Positions 1 through 13,339 of a stretch of 64,000 nucleotides of DNA are shown piece after piece. The stretch comes from Lama glama (lineage: Eukaryota). The stretch is taken from the NCBI GenBank assembly GCA_028534125.1, contig CM052816.1:22756001-22820000 (forward strand), read 5' to 3'. Position numbers and translations under genes: made by a program. Numbering within the stretch: position 1 is the first letter of the stretch; each line of letters starts with the position of its first letter. Under the pieces are notes generated by a model. It did no database searches and was not told the origin of the DNA. It was given only the letters and a program-made list of their open reading frames with translations.

Positions 1-99
1 AAAATTAAACTTCTTTTATAAATTTTCGCTGACACGGAATTTATTTGGCACTTTATATGAAGGATAGTTATTACTTTGCTATCAATTTCCATCCAAATT

Positions 100-800
100 T
101 ATTGTTGTAAAACAATGAAATCAACAATACTGCCTCCTTGAAATTATTTTTCACTCTATTTATGTCCTAATATTTAGCCAATCTTTATCAATGTTACATA
201 TGGCCTTGAAAAAAAATCTTTATTTTCCAATTATTCAGTAAATGGTCTATATACTCATTTAGGAAGTCTCTTTCAAATCTATATATTTATAGATTATTTT
301 GTTTTCTTCATCTATCATTTACTAAGAGAAACATATGTGTTTAAAATTTCCCAGAAAATATCAAATGTTGGACTTACCCATTTCCCTTTGTATTTGTATT
401 GCTTTGTTTATCGGTCTTGATGAATTTAACATTATCATATCTTCTCTTGAATTAAACCCTTTAAAAATGTATGAAATTAAACCCTTTAAAAATTTAGGGA
501 AATATACACAAAATGTTATGATAAATCACAGAGAAAAAAATGTGACAATGAGTGTGTATATGTCCATGAATGACTGAAAAATTGTGCTGAACACTGGAAT
601 TTGACACAACATTGTAAAATGATTATAAATCAATAAAAAAGTTAAAAAAATTTATGATAATCTTTAATTTCCAGTCATATTTTTCTGCCTTAAAAAAGTT
701 TTCCTTATGTTAACATAACTAGATCAGTTTCACTTTTGTTTATATTTGTCTGGTGTTTTTTCCCTATTTTAGCTTTTTATCTTCCTTTGTTCTATAGGAA
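100..800 (-). mobile_element. Old L1 (L1M-type) ORF2 endonuclease-region fragment, antisense
   Basis: Degenerate match to antisense L1 ORF2 5' region (aatgttacatatggccttgaaaaaaaatctttattttc; ctatcatttactaagagaaac...gtgtttaaaatttccc); interrupted by a younger L1 at 497-645. Confidence 0.6.
497..645 (+). mobile_element. Young, 5'-truncated L1 3' UTR (camelid-like subfamily) with 9-bp TSD
   Basis: Closely similar to the L1 3' end at 26143-26300; AATAAA plus A tail; TSD aaaaattta at 488-496 and 646-654; target TTT|AAAA fits the L1 endonuclease consensus. Confidence 0.9.
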
Positions 801-949
801 CAACATATGAAACTTAGATTTGCAAACCTGAATCTTCTTTATTGGCCAGAAAGAATTAACATGGCTGCCAGATCCTTAGATGATATAATTTAAACCTAGA
901 TGAAAAGAGTGACCTAATATGATGCCACAATACATTTACAATTTTTTTT

Positions 950-1215
950 TATTAAATACTGTCTGTGCCATAGTGAATGCCATACTTTATGACAGGCATA
1001 GAGGAATAAATACTGACTGAAATAAATGTATCCGATTCTTACAACAACTCTGTGAGATAGTGAAAGTATTATCTCTATATTACAAGTAATGAAATACAGG
1101 CTTAGGTAGTTTTTAACGATTTTTCAAGCTTACTCAGGTGGAAGAAGAAGAAGTAGAACTGGTATCTTTGGAGTCCCAATCTAGATTTCTCTTACTCTAT
1201 GACAGTGCCTCTCTC
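950..1215 (-). mobile_element. MIR SINE
   Basis: Antisense MIR core: cttacaacaactctgtgagatag...tattacaagtaatgaaatacaggcttag. Confidence 0.7.
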
Positions 1216-3513
1216 TAGCACTGATATTTGTCAAACAAGTAAACATGGGATGTGGAGATGGTTCCAGATACATATAGGGGATATTAAGCTGCTAGACGTC
1301 TGCTACCGAGCACAGGTTCATTGATGGAGTCACTAGGACTAAAACCATAAGCAAACTCCTTTGCACAGGAGCATAATGGAAATAATTAAACTAAAATAAT
1401 CATGCTCGTAAAGTCAAGAAGGAAAAAATAACAACAAAGAAAAAATGCATTAGCTTTGCTAAGTCTCTGAATTTTTCTTTTGCATGTAATTAGTTTTTAT
1501 GTCATCTTCCACCAGTGCGGACATATATATCACTTAGTAATCAAATTAAATAGAAGGCCACTCAAAAGTCATAGCTTTCATAATAAAATCACTGTCTCTG
1601 TATTTAAGAGTGCATGTCCACTCTTTTCATTTCATAAACTATAGGTGTTTAAATAGTATCTTTTCCCAGTGAATAGAAACATTTCTATGAATCAAGCTTA
1701 TCTTATGCAGCAAGGCTATGCAGAAATAGACTTGCAGAGCTGGGTATTTAAAGCAATCAATTGCATGTCTAGTTAAGAAATATGCCATAATCATTAAACA
1801 CATGAATGGTAACAAGCCATTTCCTTAATGAATCCCTATTAAGGTATATTAAAACCAGTTTTACAAATAGTCTTAAAAAATCATTTGGACTAACAAAATT
1901 TATCTAGCCTGCCAGATTAGCACAGTGTTCAATTATGTTCCAGCTTCTTCTGTGTTCTGAGAAACTTACCCTCCCCCTTCAGCTTCCCTTTCCCTATTGC
2001 AGCTCACAGCCTTCTCTCCAAATCCCCTGTAAACTCTGTCTGTTGCTCATTTTTTCTGTGACTACTGTGGGGAATATATGGTGATGAGAGTGCCCTTTTT
2101 AATACTCATTTGTACTTAGTGGACATTATATAGGCTGACAACATTCATGTGTCTCTGCAGCTGCACCCACAGCTCTGTAGAATGTCTACACAGACACAGC
2201 GTGCCAGCAACTCCATTCACTGACGCAGGCTTCTCCATAAACATAACCTTTTATACAGACACTCTTGATTTTCACTCTTGATTTCCCTAAGACAGAATTC
2301 TATCTCTTTCCAAAGTGATGTGATCCTCTGAACCACGCTGAGGAGTCAAGGAAGATGAGGAGTGTGTAACATCAGTAGATACTTACTGAGGCTCTTCTTT
2401 GGGCCTAACACAAGGCTTAGTACTGAAGTGCTGAGCATGGGTAACTGGAAGGTGTGTTTTATAAATGGAAATAGTATGTCAGGAATAATACTAGCTTGAA
2501 ATATGCATAATTAGTCGCATCTGAATGTCATATCTGAATAATACCAAGACATCCGAGGGAAAACCTAGACAACCGAAAACTAAATAGAATTCTAGACACT
2601 GTGGGTCTTAATTCAACTGTACAGTAGTGATATTAGAGGCCCTGGAAGTATGTGTTGCCTTTAAGGGAAAAATCATAGAGAATACAATGCTATCTGAACC
2701 ACGTGAAATACCTACCAATGGAAGTAGAAAAGAAGTTATTACAAAAGAGATTAAGAACAGACTCATGATAAATTTGTCAGGAATAGTACAGCAGAGCCTA
2801 GGCTTTCCCAGTGCTCTAAGAAAGAGAAGGAAGCTCTGAAGGAAAACTTTCTCTCTCTGCATCTTCACTAAAATCAAACCAAACCAGGGAACATGAAGGG
2901 AGTAAGTATGGCTATTCCGATTGCACCTATGTGGAAAACAAGGCCCACAGGGATTAGAACATTTTTACTGAGATTAACAATTTCTAATAGAATTTAAACC
3001 GTCTTCTAGCTGTCCTGTTTTCTGTCATTACTTCCTATTCAGGTGCATTCAAAGTATAGATGGGGGAGGCGAAAAGGCACTGTAGCTCATTTAATGAGGA
3101 ACAGTTTTCCATTTAATGGAAAACCCTCTTGGGTTATCAAAAAAGCAGCTGTTGTGAGAAGTCAGATGATTGGACAATTTCCTTAAATCTCATCTCATCT
3201 CTATGGTGAGTCATCAGAATAGGTTAAATTTCTATTGAAAATACTGTACTTTTCATTCATCCTGTCTGTAAGTATCATGTTAAAAATAGGGCAGAATCTA
3301 TGTTAGGATTAGCTGATAGAAAAATAATTAAGATTAAAAATAATTTGGGACATATTAAAATGTTCTTATACTTTAACCAAATCAATATTTACTTTTTGTG
3401 ATATATGCATTGAAAAGGTCTAGGAAAACACTAAAAGGGGAAAATATAGGAGATACTTGTTCCAGAAAGGAATGCAAATAATGAGGTCTTGGAAAGGTGT
3501 TTAAAAAAAAACA

Positions 3514-4535
3514 AAAACAGGTTTATTGAGGTATAAATAAAATAGAATAAACTGCATCTATTTAAAGTGCACAATTTGATAAGCTGTGACACATGTGAGA
3601 CCACCGCCATAATCAAGGTAGTGAACATCTATCATCCCTAAAAGTTTCCTCATACTCCTTTGTAATCCTTCTCTCTTACTCTCACCCCTATCCCCAGGCA
3701 ACCACTATTTGCTTTCTGTCACTACATATTAAATTTGCATTCCCTAGAATTTATGTAAATGGAGTCATACAATGTATACTCTTTTTATTTTGGTCTGAGT
3801 TCTTTCACGTAGTATAATTATTCTGAAATCCATCCAAGTTGTATGCAACATGTATTCATAGTTTATTTGTTTTCATTGCTGAACAGTATATTTGGATATG
3901 CCAGATTGCTTATTCATTCACATATTGATGGGAGTTCGGATTTATTCAGCTTTGATTATTATAAATACAGCTGCTATGAACATTTATGTGCAAGTCATTG
4001 AATGGTCATATGGGTTCATTTTTCTTGGATAACTTCCAAAGTGTTTTCCAAAGTGGTTGTACTATCCTTTATTCCTACTAGCAGTGTACAAGCGCTCCAG
4101 TTCCTTCACACGCTCAGCAACACCTGGTATGTTCAATCTTTTAAATGTTAGCCATTCTAATAAGTGTGTAGAGGCATCTCATTGTGGGTTTTATCTGCAT
4201 TTCCCTAATCACTACTAATAGCGTATTTTCTCATGCTTATTTTCATCCACATATCATCTTTGGTGAAGTGTCTGTTAAACAGCCCCCCACTTACTTTTTC
4301 CCTGATTATTTTCTTATTATTGAACTGTAAGAGCATTTATATATTCTGGATACAAATATCCTTTATCAGATATATGCTTTGCAAACATTTTCTTCCAGTT
4401 TGTGGCTTGTCTTTTCAGCTTCTTAATACCTTTTGAATCACAGAGATTTTAATTTTGATGAACTTAAGTTTATCAAATTTTTTCTTTTATAAATTGTGCT
4501 TTTGATGTCATAATAAATTGTTGCCTAACCCAATG
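3514..4535 (-). mobile_element. L1MB-like LINE 3' end (ORF2 C-terminus and 3' UTR)
   Basis: tttattgaggtataa...aaagtgcacaatttgata...ccccaggcaaccact...aaatggagtcatacaatgtat...ttccaaagtggttgtac...ttgcctaacccaa are typical antisense L1MB motifs. Confidence 0.85.
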
Positions 4536-4547
4536 TACACACATCTA

Positions 4548-5065
4548 TGTATAAACTGCTACACTAATCTTACTGACTTAAAATAACAATCATTAATTTT
4601 GACCACAAGTCCACAATTTTCCCAGAGTTCAGTAAGGGAAGCTCACCTTTATGTAGTGTGGTATATGAATGGGATGATTTGACTAAGGATGGGGATTCCC
4701 TCCAAGATGATTGCCCAGATGGCTGTCAAACAGGTGGTCTGTCAGCTGCGACTCACCTGGGACTACAGGCATGGAGCCTCAGTTTCCGAACATGTGGGTG
4801 TTCCAGAAGCTATTTGGGCATGGTGGCTGGGTTCTAAGGATAAGTGTCTAAAGTTAACCAGGCAGAAGTGAGCAGCATTTTTATGGCCTAACCTGGGAAG
4901 TTACATAACATCACTTCTGCCATAGGCTGTGGTCAAGGCTGTCACAAAAATCCAATGACGTTCCAGAGGAGGGTACACCTTGATAGGGTAGTGACAAAGT
5001 TCTAGAAAAAGATACAGAAAGGGAGATATTGTTGTGGCTACCTTAACTAAATACAATCTGCTAAA
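4548..5065 (-). mobile_element. MaLR LTR (MLT1G/H-like)
   Basis: gacttaaaataacaatcatt...ccaagatg...ggaagttacataacatcacttctgccat...aaatacaatctgc. Confidence 0.75.
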
Positions 5066-5192
5066 TTCCTGAATATCCAAATCCTGATCTATAACTGTCA
5101 CCACTTTTGAAACCACCAAGTTGAAACAGATGGTTAAAGCAGTTAAGGCTCAACAGGAGGGGGCTTAGGTCCTACCCGTGGCAACAAAAATC

Positions 5193-5707
5193 TGTAGCAG
5201 TTACTGATTGTTTTCTACAAAGGTACCCCAAATTAAGGTCCCGATTCAATGACAATCATTAATTTCATTTCATTTAGAAAGCTAAGCAAGGCTCAGCAGG
5301 ATTAGCTCCTATCTGTTTCATGCAGTGTCAGGTGGGTGGCTCCACTGGGACTGGAGGATTTTCTTTCAGGACGGCTCTCTCATATGGACAGCACCTTGGT
5401 ACTGGCTGGCAGTTCCTCTCCACATGAACTTGTCTATAGGAAGGTATTGAATTCCTCACCATATGATGCATAGTTTCCAAGAGAAAACATTCCAAAAGAA
5501 CCAAACAGAAGTTGTATCATCTTTTATGACCCAGACTTAGAAGTCACAATGTGCTGCTTCCTTTGTGATCACAACTATGCCCAGATTCAAGGAAAGGGTA
5601 CATCAACCCTTGTCCTGATGGGAGGGGTGTCAAAGTCACATTGTTAGAACAAAATGCAGGACGACAGGTCTCATCGTGGTCATTTTTGGAAAATGCCATC
5701 TGCCACA
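5193..5707 (-). mobile_element. MaLR LTR (MLT1G/H-like), second copy
   Basis: TG...CA ends (tgtagcag...ctgccaca); cttttatgacccagacttagaagtcaca, cccagattcaaggaaaggg, gatgggaggggtgtcaaagtcacattg. Confidence 0.8.
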
Positions 5708-5709
5708 GA

Positions 5710-5981
5710 AGTTCAGCAGGTCAGAAGTGCCAGAGAATTAATTCTCACCAGTGAGCAGGTGACTACGCTGGACCCACTGGGTGGGATAATCCTGAGATGT
5801 GTGTTAGGCACTATATCCCAGAGCTTCTCTACAGGATTAAGCTCCTGTTGCTCTGTCATAACTGTGTCCCATGATTCTTTTCCTCATTCTCCTACCAATG
5901 TCCATTCAACCTCCCAGATAAACTCCCTGGACCTGAATCTTTATCTCATGATCCGCTTCTGGGGGAAACTGAGTTTTAGTT
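5710..5981 (+). mobile_element. ERVL LTR16-like 3' half
   Basis: gggtgggataatcctgag...ggattaagctcctgttgc...cctcccagataaact...gcttctgggggaaact resembles the LTR16 3' end. Confidence 0.75.
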
Positions 5982-7354
5982 AAAAAAAAAAAAAAGGCCA
6001 AGAACAAAAGTGCAACAATATAACTAAATTATGTGTGTGTGTGTAAGCGTGGGTCCTGATCTAATGAAATCAGTTTGGAAAAGCTTTTGAAAGCTAGTTA
6101 TGAATTGAGAATTTTTTTTAATTTTTAGAAAACTGTGACCTACTTCAGAATCTGTGGCCTCCTTAGGGTCACACCTGGGTAACAGAGAAAGAGAGTAGAC
6201 ACCATTCTCACTTTCATATTCTTCAGAATTTATCAACCTCACATTTTCAAGGGACATCCTCGATGTAGGTGACTCAATATGACAAGTTGAGCTAAAAGAT
6301 GCAAACTTCTCTCCTTTGCAACATACATTCAATCACCTTTTTACTGAATTGGAAAAAAAAAAACACCCCTACAGTCCATAATAGAAATTTGGAGTGCTTT
6401 CAGGAAAACAGAAGATTATGAATTCAAACACTGTCCCCTATCACAAGCTCCAGTGCTCAAGGGGCCCCTATGGTGATTCTGTTTCCTTGTGAGCTCTCAT
6501 TATTCTGTAATAAAGTATGACCTTTTAGAGTAGGACAGTCATGGATTTCAAGTCTAGCTCCACCATTAATCCCATTTAACCTTGGGAAATTATCAGCTAA
6601 TTTAGCATCTTATTATGGTCACACAAAAGTTCCCCAGTGGATTTAAATATTTAGCAAATAAAAACACTGTGCAACTCCAAAGAATCCTATCCAATCTCTG
6701 CAAATATATCCCAGTAACAGACAATGAAATAGTTAAGACTAAAGTGAATCCAGAGTGTCAGTAATTAAGAAACTACCTACTTCAAAGGAAACCAGATGGA
6801 GGGTAGCAAACAGATCAAGGCTACTGTGGGTTGTTCACTGGTGATTTGACATTGCTCTTTAAGGTAGTTACCCAGTATAGACACAACAGTTCCATCTGGA
6901 TTTCCTCCTTTAACTTTCACAACTGAAATAACAATCACTGAAATAAATTACATTTGGGTAACAAGCCTTATAAACATATAGATTCTGCATTAAAGGGGTA
7001 TTATAAACCATAAAACACATTGACGTATGCAATTTTATCTTTCTGGGTCAATCTGTATTTTGAATAAATATTAAAATACAATACAGTTGATAGAGAATCA
7101 TGATTATTTGAATATCACTGATTGCTAATAGCTTTTAATTTTGAAAAATTTCTCAATCTTTTTAGTTTGTCAAACTGAACGCCCAAAGAATACAGTATAG
7201 GAGAAGATAACCTTTAAATTAAAAATAACCGACATCATTCCACTGACATTTCATAACCCTTTCTAAGGCATGTGTAACATATTCTCACTTTGTCCCTCCT
7301 CAGTAATCACTGGGAGTGGTGTGTTAAATGGGCAGACAGGACCGGATGGCAATG

Positions 7355-7545
7355 TAACCTTTAGAGGACAGCCATGGATTTCACCCTCAGCTCTGTCATT
7401 CATCCTGATGATGCTGGATAATTATTTGACCTCTCCACACCTCAGTTTCTTCAATTTCAAAATGCAAAGGCATGTTTCATAGGCTCTTGTGATGAATAAG
7501 TGACATAATGCTTAATACAAAGTAATGGATAAGTATGTTCACCAA
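7355..7545 (+). mobile_element. MIR SINE
   Basis: ttatttgacctctccacacctcagtttcttcaatttcaaaatg...cataggctcttgtgatgaataagtgacataatgc. Confidence 0.7.
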
Positions 7546-9974
7546 GAAAAAAATTACACAGGGAATGACTTCGAATTTTTAGATTGTGACATACCCACTA
7601 TGGTAAACTAGAATAGATTTTGTGGCTCAAACTTTTCAAAATACATTTTAGGGAGGGTCTTTCTTTCTCTGTCTCGCTCCTTTCCTCCTTCTTTCCCTCT
7701 CCCCTCATTTCCTTCTCTACTTCCATTTTATCTCCCTCTCTGTATTCTTAAACGACCTACACAGCGAACACTGAAATTTCTTAACCAGGTGTTAATGGAT
7801 AAATAGATGGATAGATTCAGGGTAGTTATAATATTAGAAACTATCTTTTCATTATTAGGTAATTATGGATGTCTTTAATTTTGATTTTAAAATGTGTGGA
7901 AAATTTGCTCATATTAAGTTTTTTTATCTGGCCATGCACATAAAATGATGCAACACCATATTTACCCTTTTGTCACCAATGCTCCACTCTACTCACGTAA
8001 GATAGATAATTTCCACTTATTTTCCATAGCATTATGAATATAAATCATTTAGTGTTTTAAAACTAATAAAATTCAATATTAAAGCAAAGTAGGATATTAG
8101 GGAATATCCAGTACAACTCTCATCATACAGATAAAAGTGGATCTTCACATCCTTTTTGATTGTGTTGTATTTTTAAGGTAATTCCAGGAGGAATGAAAGA
8201 CAGATATGCATGTTCCATGTACCATTTTGAACTAAATGACTCCATATAAACTTCTACTAAGAATTTCATTGGAAAGACAATGCATCAACTAAACTAGTTA
8301 GAAATCTTAGACGATACACATATTCCTGCTTCTAAAACGTTGTATTATAGACTGTTTTTCGTAGGTCTGGCATCTTTCTCCCTGTGGCTACTGTGATTTA
8401 TAGAGGGCCCTGAGAAAAATTCTTCCAGATAATTATTAAAGCTGTTCATTAATAAATGAATGTTTATCAAAATAGAAATGCAGCCAGAAGCTTCTGTTTT
8501 CTATTCCCAGCTGTTCAAATTAAAAATGACTGCAGATATGGTGGATTTAGTATTTTCACTTTCAAATCAACTTTTTGGTGACTGAATAAGAGCCCTGAGG
8601 GTGCTAGTAAAATTCTGTTTCTTAAAGGAATGGTGGTTTTCGGGATTATGTTCTCATTTTAAAAATTCACAAAAAATTCATTTCTCTGAACACTTACAAT
8701 TTATGTGTTTTTTGCTTATATATTTCACTATAACAGTTGATTTAAAAAAGAAAATGAAATTATAAAAAACTAAAATTTTTCTATAGTCTTTTCAAGAAGT
8801 TATCTGGTTTAGAAAACTCACAGAAGATAACTCAAAAGATAAATGTGATTACATGAAAGAAAACAAGAAATATTTTACTGGATAATTATTAGAACATTAA
8901 CCCTAATTTGGCCAGTGAAAGTTTATCAAGTGAAACACATTGCACATTTTATATTAAAAGAAATTAGTTGATTTCTATCCTTTATAAAATGTTAAATAAA
9001 CATTAAAATAATTATGCAGATTTATAAGGAGACACATGGAAAGAAATTTATAAGGAGACATATGGAAAGTAATCCAAGAGTTATTAAGTTAAAAAAAAAT
9101 TAAGGTGCAAGGAGGTATATATTGTATGACCTATTTTGGGAATTAGTTTTTAGTTTTTGTAAGCAGGTTAGTTTTCACCTGACTTTGAACTTTATATAAA
9201 TGAAACTATAAAGTATGCATTCTTGTATGTGAGTAAATGAATAGGGATGTTACCAAATGTAGGGAAGAATAAGGTAAAGTGGAGTATTTCCAAAATCATC
9301 GGTAGAATTTGTACCTGATGACTGAGACAATGAGAGATTCTCCATCACAATATTATACAGTTTCATGGTATTTTCTTATGACTATGCATTGATTCGGTAG
9401 TCAGGAGAAAGATCAGTTCTTTCTTGCTAGCAGTTTTCTCATCTATTCTGGCACCTTGGGAATTTTTTTTTCTTTTATTGAGCAGATCTATGAACATGTA
9501 TAATTCTTCAGAAATACTTTAACCAACATTTCTATGTGTTTTTCATGATAAGGGGTTCCACATTAGAACTGAGGGTTCTATTAATTTTCCATCTTTCATG
9601 TATACCAAAATTTCCATTCCCCTGATGACTTTTTCCCTTGTAATGTTAGATTTTTGTTTCTATTCTTGTATCTGCTCTGTTTCTTTGCAACAAAGGAATT
9701 TGTGCCAGGAGAAGAAGTAGAAATATGTTTTTCAGATTATCGCCTTCATTTAATAACCCATAATATTTATTATATTCACTGACTGAGTCTGCATTCCTGG
9801 GCTGAGCCCTAGAAAACATGGTAAGCCAGGTTGTGCGACTGTGATGACATGGAAAAAGAAGACCACATTCATTGACCACATCTTCACAGGCAGGTCACAG
9901 TGCAAAGTGCTATAAATTATTGTATTTTATCCTTTAAAAAATCCAATGAGATAAGTTGTTCTCTTTATTAGTTT

Positions 9975-11140
9975 TGTATTAGTCTGTAGATGGCTGCAAC
10001 AAATTATCACAAAATTGGTAGCTCAAAACAACAGAAATTTATTCTCCAGAGCTGTGGAGTCTAGAAGTCCAAAGTCAGTATCACTCAGTCCAAAATCAAG
10101 GTTTCTAAGAGAGCCACACTTCCTCGAGAGGCTCTGGGAGAAAATCTGTTTCTTGCCTCTCCCAGCGCTCGGCAGCCACTAGCATTCCTTGGCTTGTAGC
10201 CATATCAGTACGGTATTCAAGGTCAGTATCTTCACACCTCTTTGTGCTCCATCTTCACACAGCACTCTCTCTGTTTCAGATTCCCCTCTGTCTCTTTCTT
10301 ATAAGGATACTAGTGATTGCCTTTGATGCTCATCTTTTTTTTCTTCCCAATTTCTCCTTTTTGGGATGGAATGTCTATAATATGCCTGTCTCACCATTGT
10401 ATTTTCGAAGCAGATAACCTGTCTGATTTCACAGATTCATAGCTGGAGAGGAATTTTGCCTCCAGATGAATCACATCTCAAGTCTCACCCATTATCTGAT
10501 CTAGATGAAATTTTGGAGTTTAAGTTGATGCTGGAATTGGTTAACACTTTGGGGGCTACTGGAATTAGATGAATATATTTAGCCTGTCAGAAGGACATGA
10601 ATTGGGGAGTGGGTAGAGAGTTGAGTGTTACGGGCCAAACTGTTACCCCCACCTCCAACCAAATTCATATATTAAATTCTAGTCTCCAGTACCTCAGGAT
10701 GTGACTGTATTTAAAAACAGGGTCTTTAAAGATGTAATTATGTGCAAATGAGGTCATTAGTTTATGCCCTAATCCAGTTTGTCTAATGCCCTCATAAGAA
10801 GAAGAGATTAAGATACAGACACACACACAGTGAAGACCATTTGAAGATACAAGGAGAAGATGGTCATCTACAAGACCCAAGAGGAGAGACCCCAGAAGAA
10901 ACCACCTCTGCTAACACCATAATCTTGGACAGAAGCCTCCAGATTTGCGAGGAAATGAGTCTCTAGTGTTTATTTAGGCCACCCATCTGTGATCTTTTGT
11001 TAAGCCCAGCAAACTACCACACCCCATCTCGAGATCCTTAACTTAATCATATCTGCCAAGTCTTTGCCATATAAGAATATTCACAGGATCTGTATGTTAG
11101 AACCTAGTATTTTTGGTGGGCCATTGTTCAGCCGATCACA
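9975..11140 (-). mobile_element. MaLR LTR (MLT1C/D-like) split by a nested MLT1A-like element
   Basis: tgtattagtc...aaaacaacagaaatttattctc...cttataaggatactagtgattg (to about 10334), resuming ccccatctcgagatccttaacttaatcatatctgc...cagccgatcaca (11022-11140). Confidence 0.85.
10335..11021 (+). mobile_element. MLT1A-like internal 3' end plus 3' LTR (LTR 10626-11021)
   Basis: MLT1-int end (ggaatgtctataatatgcctgtctcaccattgtatttt...gaaggacatgaattgggg) abuts an LTR tgttacggg...cctcaggatgtgactgtattt...gcaaactaccaca. Confidence 0.85.
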
Positions 11141-13339
11141 CTTTAATTTTATAAATGAAGAAAGTTTGAGAGGTTCAAAAAATATGGCTTAGTATCATCT
11201 ATTTACAGTCTGAGACAGGATTTAACCAAAATATAGGAGATATAAAAACCAGCGTAGGAAATCAAAAATGGTCCTTTTACAGTGCCATGCTCCACTTCCA
11301 CTCCCATAAAGAATGGAAAACTGAAATTACAGCAGATATTAAGAGAGGGCAATGGGGCAAGTAGTGAAAAAATACTTTTCTTTTACCATACCTGGGGTAT
11401 ATAAGGTCACTTTGAAATAACAATAGTATTATTTGCTGACAACACAGTAACCAGAAAAAGGATCAAATAGCAAAAACTGGTAATAGCCCACAGATTCCAC
11501 AGCTGTGAATGTAGATACATGAAGAGAACTGAGCATGAAGGAAAAAGTAAGATTCTCAAAGAAGTCCGTATCCCATAAGCCTGAGCAAAAACTTCAAGTA
11601 TTAAAGTAATTTGTACATATAGAGAGAAAAATGACTTTTTCAAAATATACAGGGGCAGCTGCCAAATTGATGTATTATATACTGTGGTTCTGTTTCTTGA
11701 AAGAATTTTCTTCATTATTTTTACAACTAACAAAGGAAAAAATTTAAAAGGGTAAGAAACTACTCTAGTGGGATGATTTTACATGGAAAATGTCCCTGGG
11801 GTTTCCTCTTTGCTTGCTTTCTTCCTCCTTACTCTTCCACTCCCTCCACACACACTTTCTGTAAAACTTGAAAATAGAGGGCAAAACCCCTCAACTTGTA
11901 AATCATTGTAAATAAAATTAAAGTTGACTACTTATAAATACGAACGGTGGATCACTGTATAAGACTATTAAATTTGATGTCTTATTGTCTATTGTTAAAC
12001 TGTGTGAGATAGACGCCTGAAAAAAATCAGAATCCTATGAGCATGATTATTCCTAGACCATTGTACAATTTTTCAAATATACACTTCAAAATACCCATAT
12101 GGTTAATATGACACATTAGACAGTTTATTCTTTTAAGAAGTTATTCCTTTCCACACATTTAAAGGATTAAATTTGCCCACACATCTATCCTCTACCATGC
12201 AACAAACAATTAAAAATCCTTATAATCAAAAAGAAACAAAATCAGTTCTATGAAAGTGACAGATAATTTGGCAGCGAGTATCAGTAGCCCAAAGAACTGT
12301 TAAACCTTATGAACTGTATTTTCAAATATTAAAAACTGTTCAAGCTCACAGTTTGAATTCTCTCATGCCTGACCTAAAGTGTTCTTGTTTTGTGCCCAAA
12401 GGACCACGCTAATTTATGAGTTGTGAAGGATTTATTAGAAATTCACTTCAATGTTTACAAGCAGCAACCTCAGGACCCTTTGAATTCCTCCTATCTAGAA
12501 CTAGTATCAGTGATCAGTGATATCTGGCCATTGCCAAATCTCTGTGGACTACCTATAAGCATGCTACCTGGGGGTTTCAATCCATTTTGTAGAGAAATTT
12601 TTTCTTGGCTTTAATTTGTCAATCTTCTACGTACTTTGGTTTTCTAATTTCCTCCCTCTGTAAATGCCACTCTCCTTTCTGTCTTTTTCTTTTCTGTTAG
12701 TTGAAACAACCCATTGTTGGATTATTCATAATCTCCCTCCTTCCCCAGAACAGCAGCACCTTAACTTCATGTCTCCTATTAAGCTGTAAGTTATTACATC
12801 AAACATAACTTACATGAAACACACATTAAAATGTCAAGCATAGCTAGTAATATTAAAAATATTATTTAAAAAGCCTATGTTTTGCCTTCACTAAGCTGAT
12901 TATCCATCTTGGCTCAGTTCTATGAACTAGCCCTGCTTCCTTGGATAAGACACTGAAGCATTCTGGAATTCACTGTCAATATTTATAAAATTATTAAGTA
13001 TGACTATATACTTATGTAGTTGCCATTTTTGTGATTCTTATCTAATCATCTAAGAATCATTTGATAAATGTTGTATATTTCTCCTGTGTATGATACTGTT
13101 CCAATTACTTTTAAAATGGAACTATTTTGTGCTTACAATTGTCCCAGAATTAGTACTAAAAAGATTTAAGATGCAGCATAATAAAATAAAGTGTTTAAAA
13201 TATTACTTAATGAAAAACACAGATATTAAATATCTCTTCAAACTACTAGAAATCAGAACATACTGGCAAGGTGAGAAAGACTTGAAGAAAAGTATAATTT
13301 GAATTAATAATTCATCATTAATGTGTATGTAATGTAATG

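Noticed and set aside
6024..6332. 102-aa minus-strand ORF and a possible 31-nt exon (CDPKEATDSE)
   Set aside because: No recognisable homology, moderate donor and no partner coding exons
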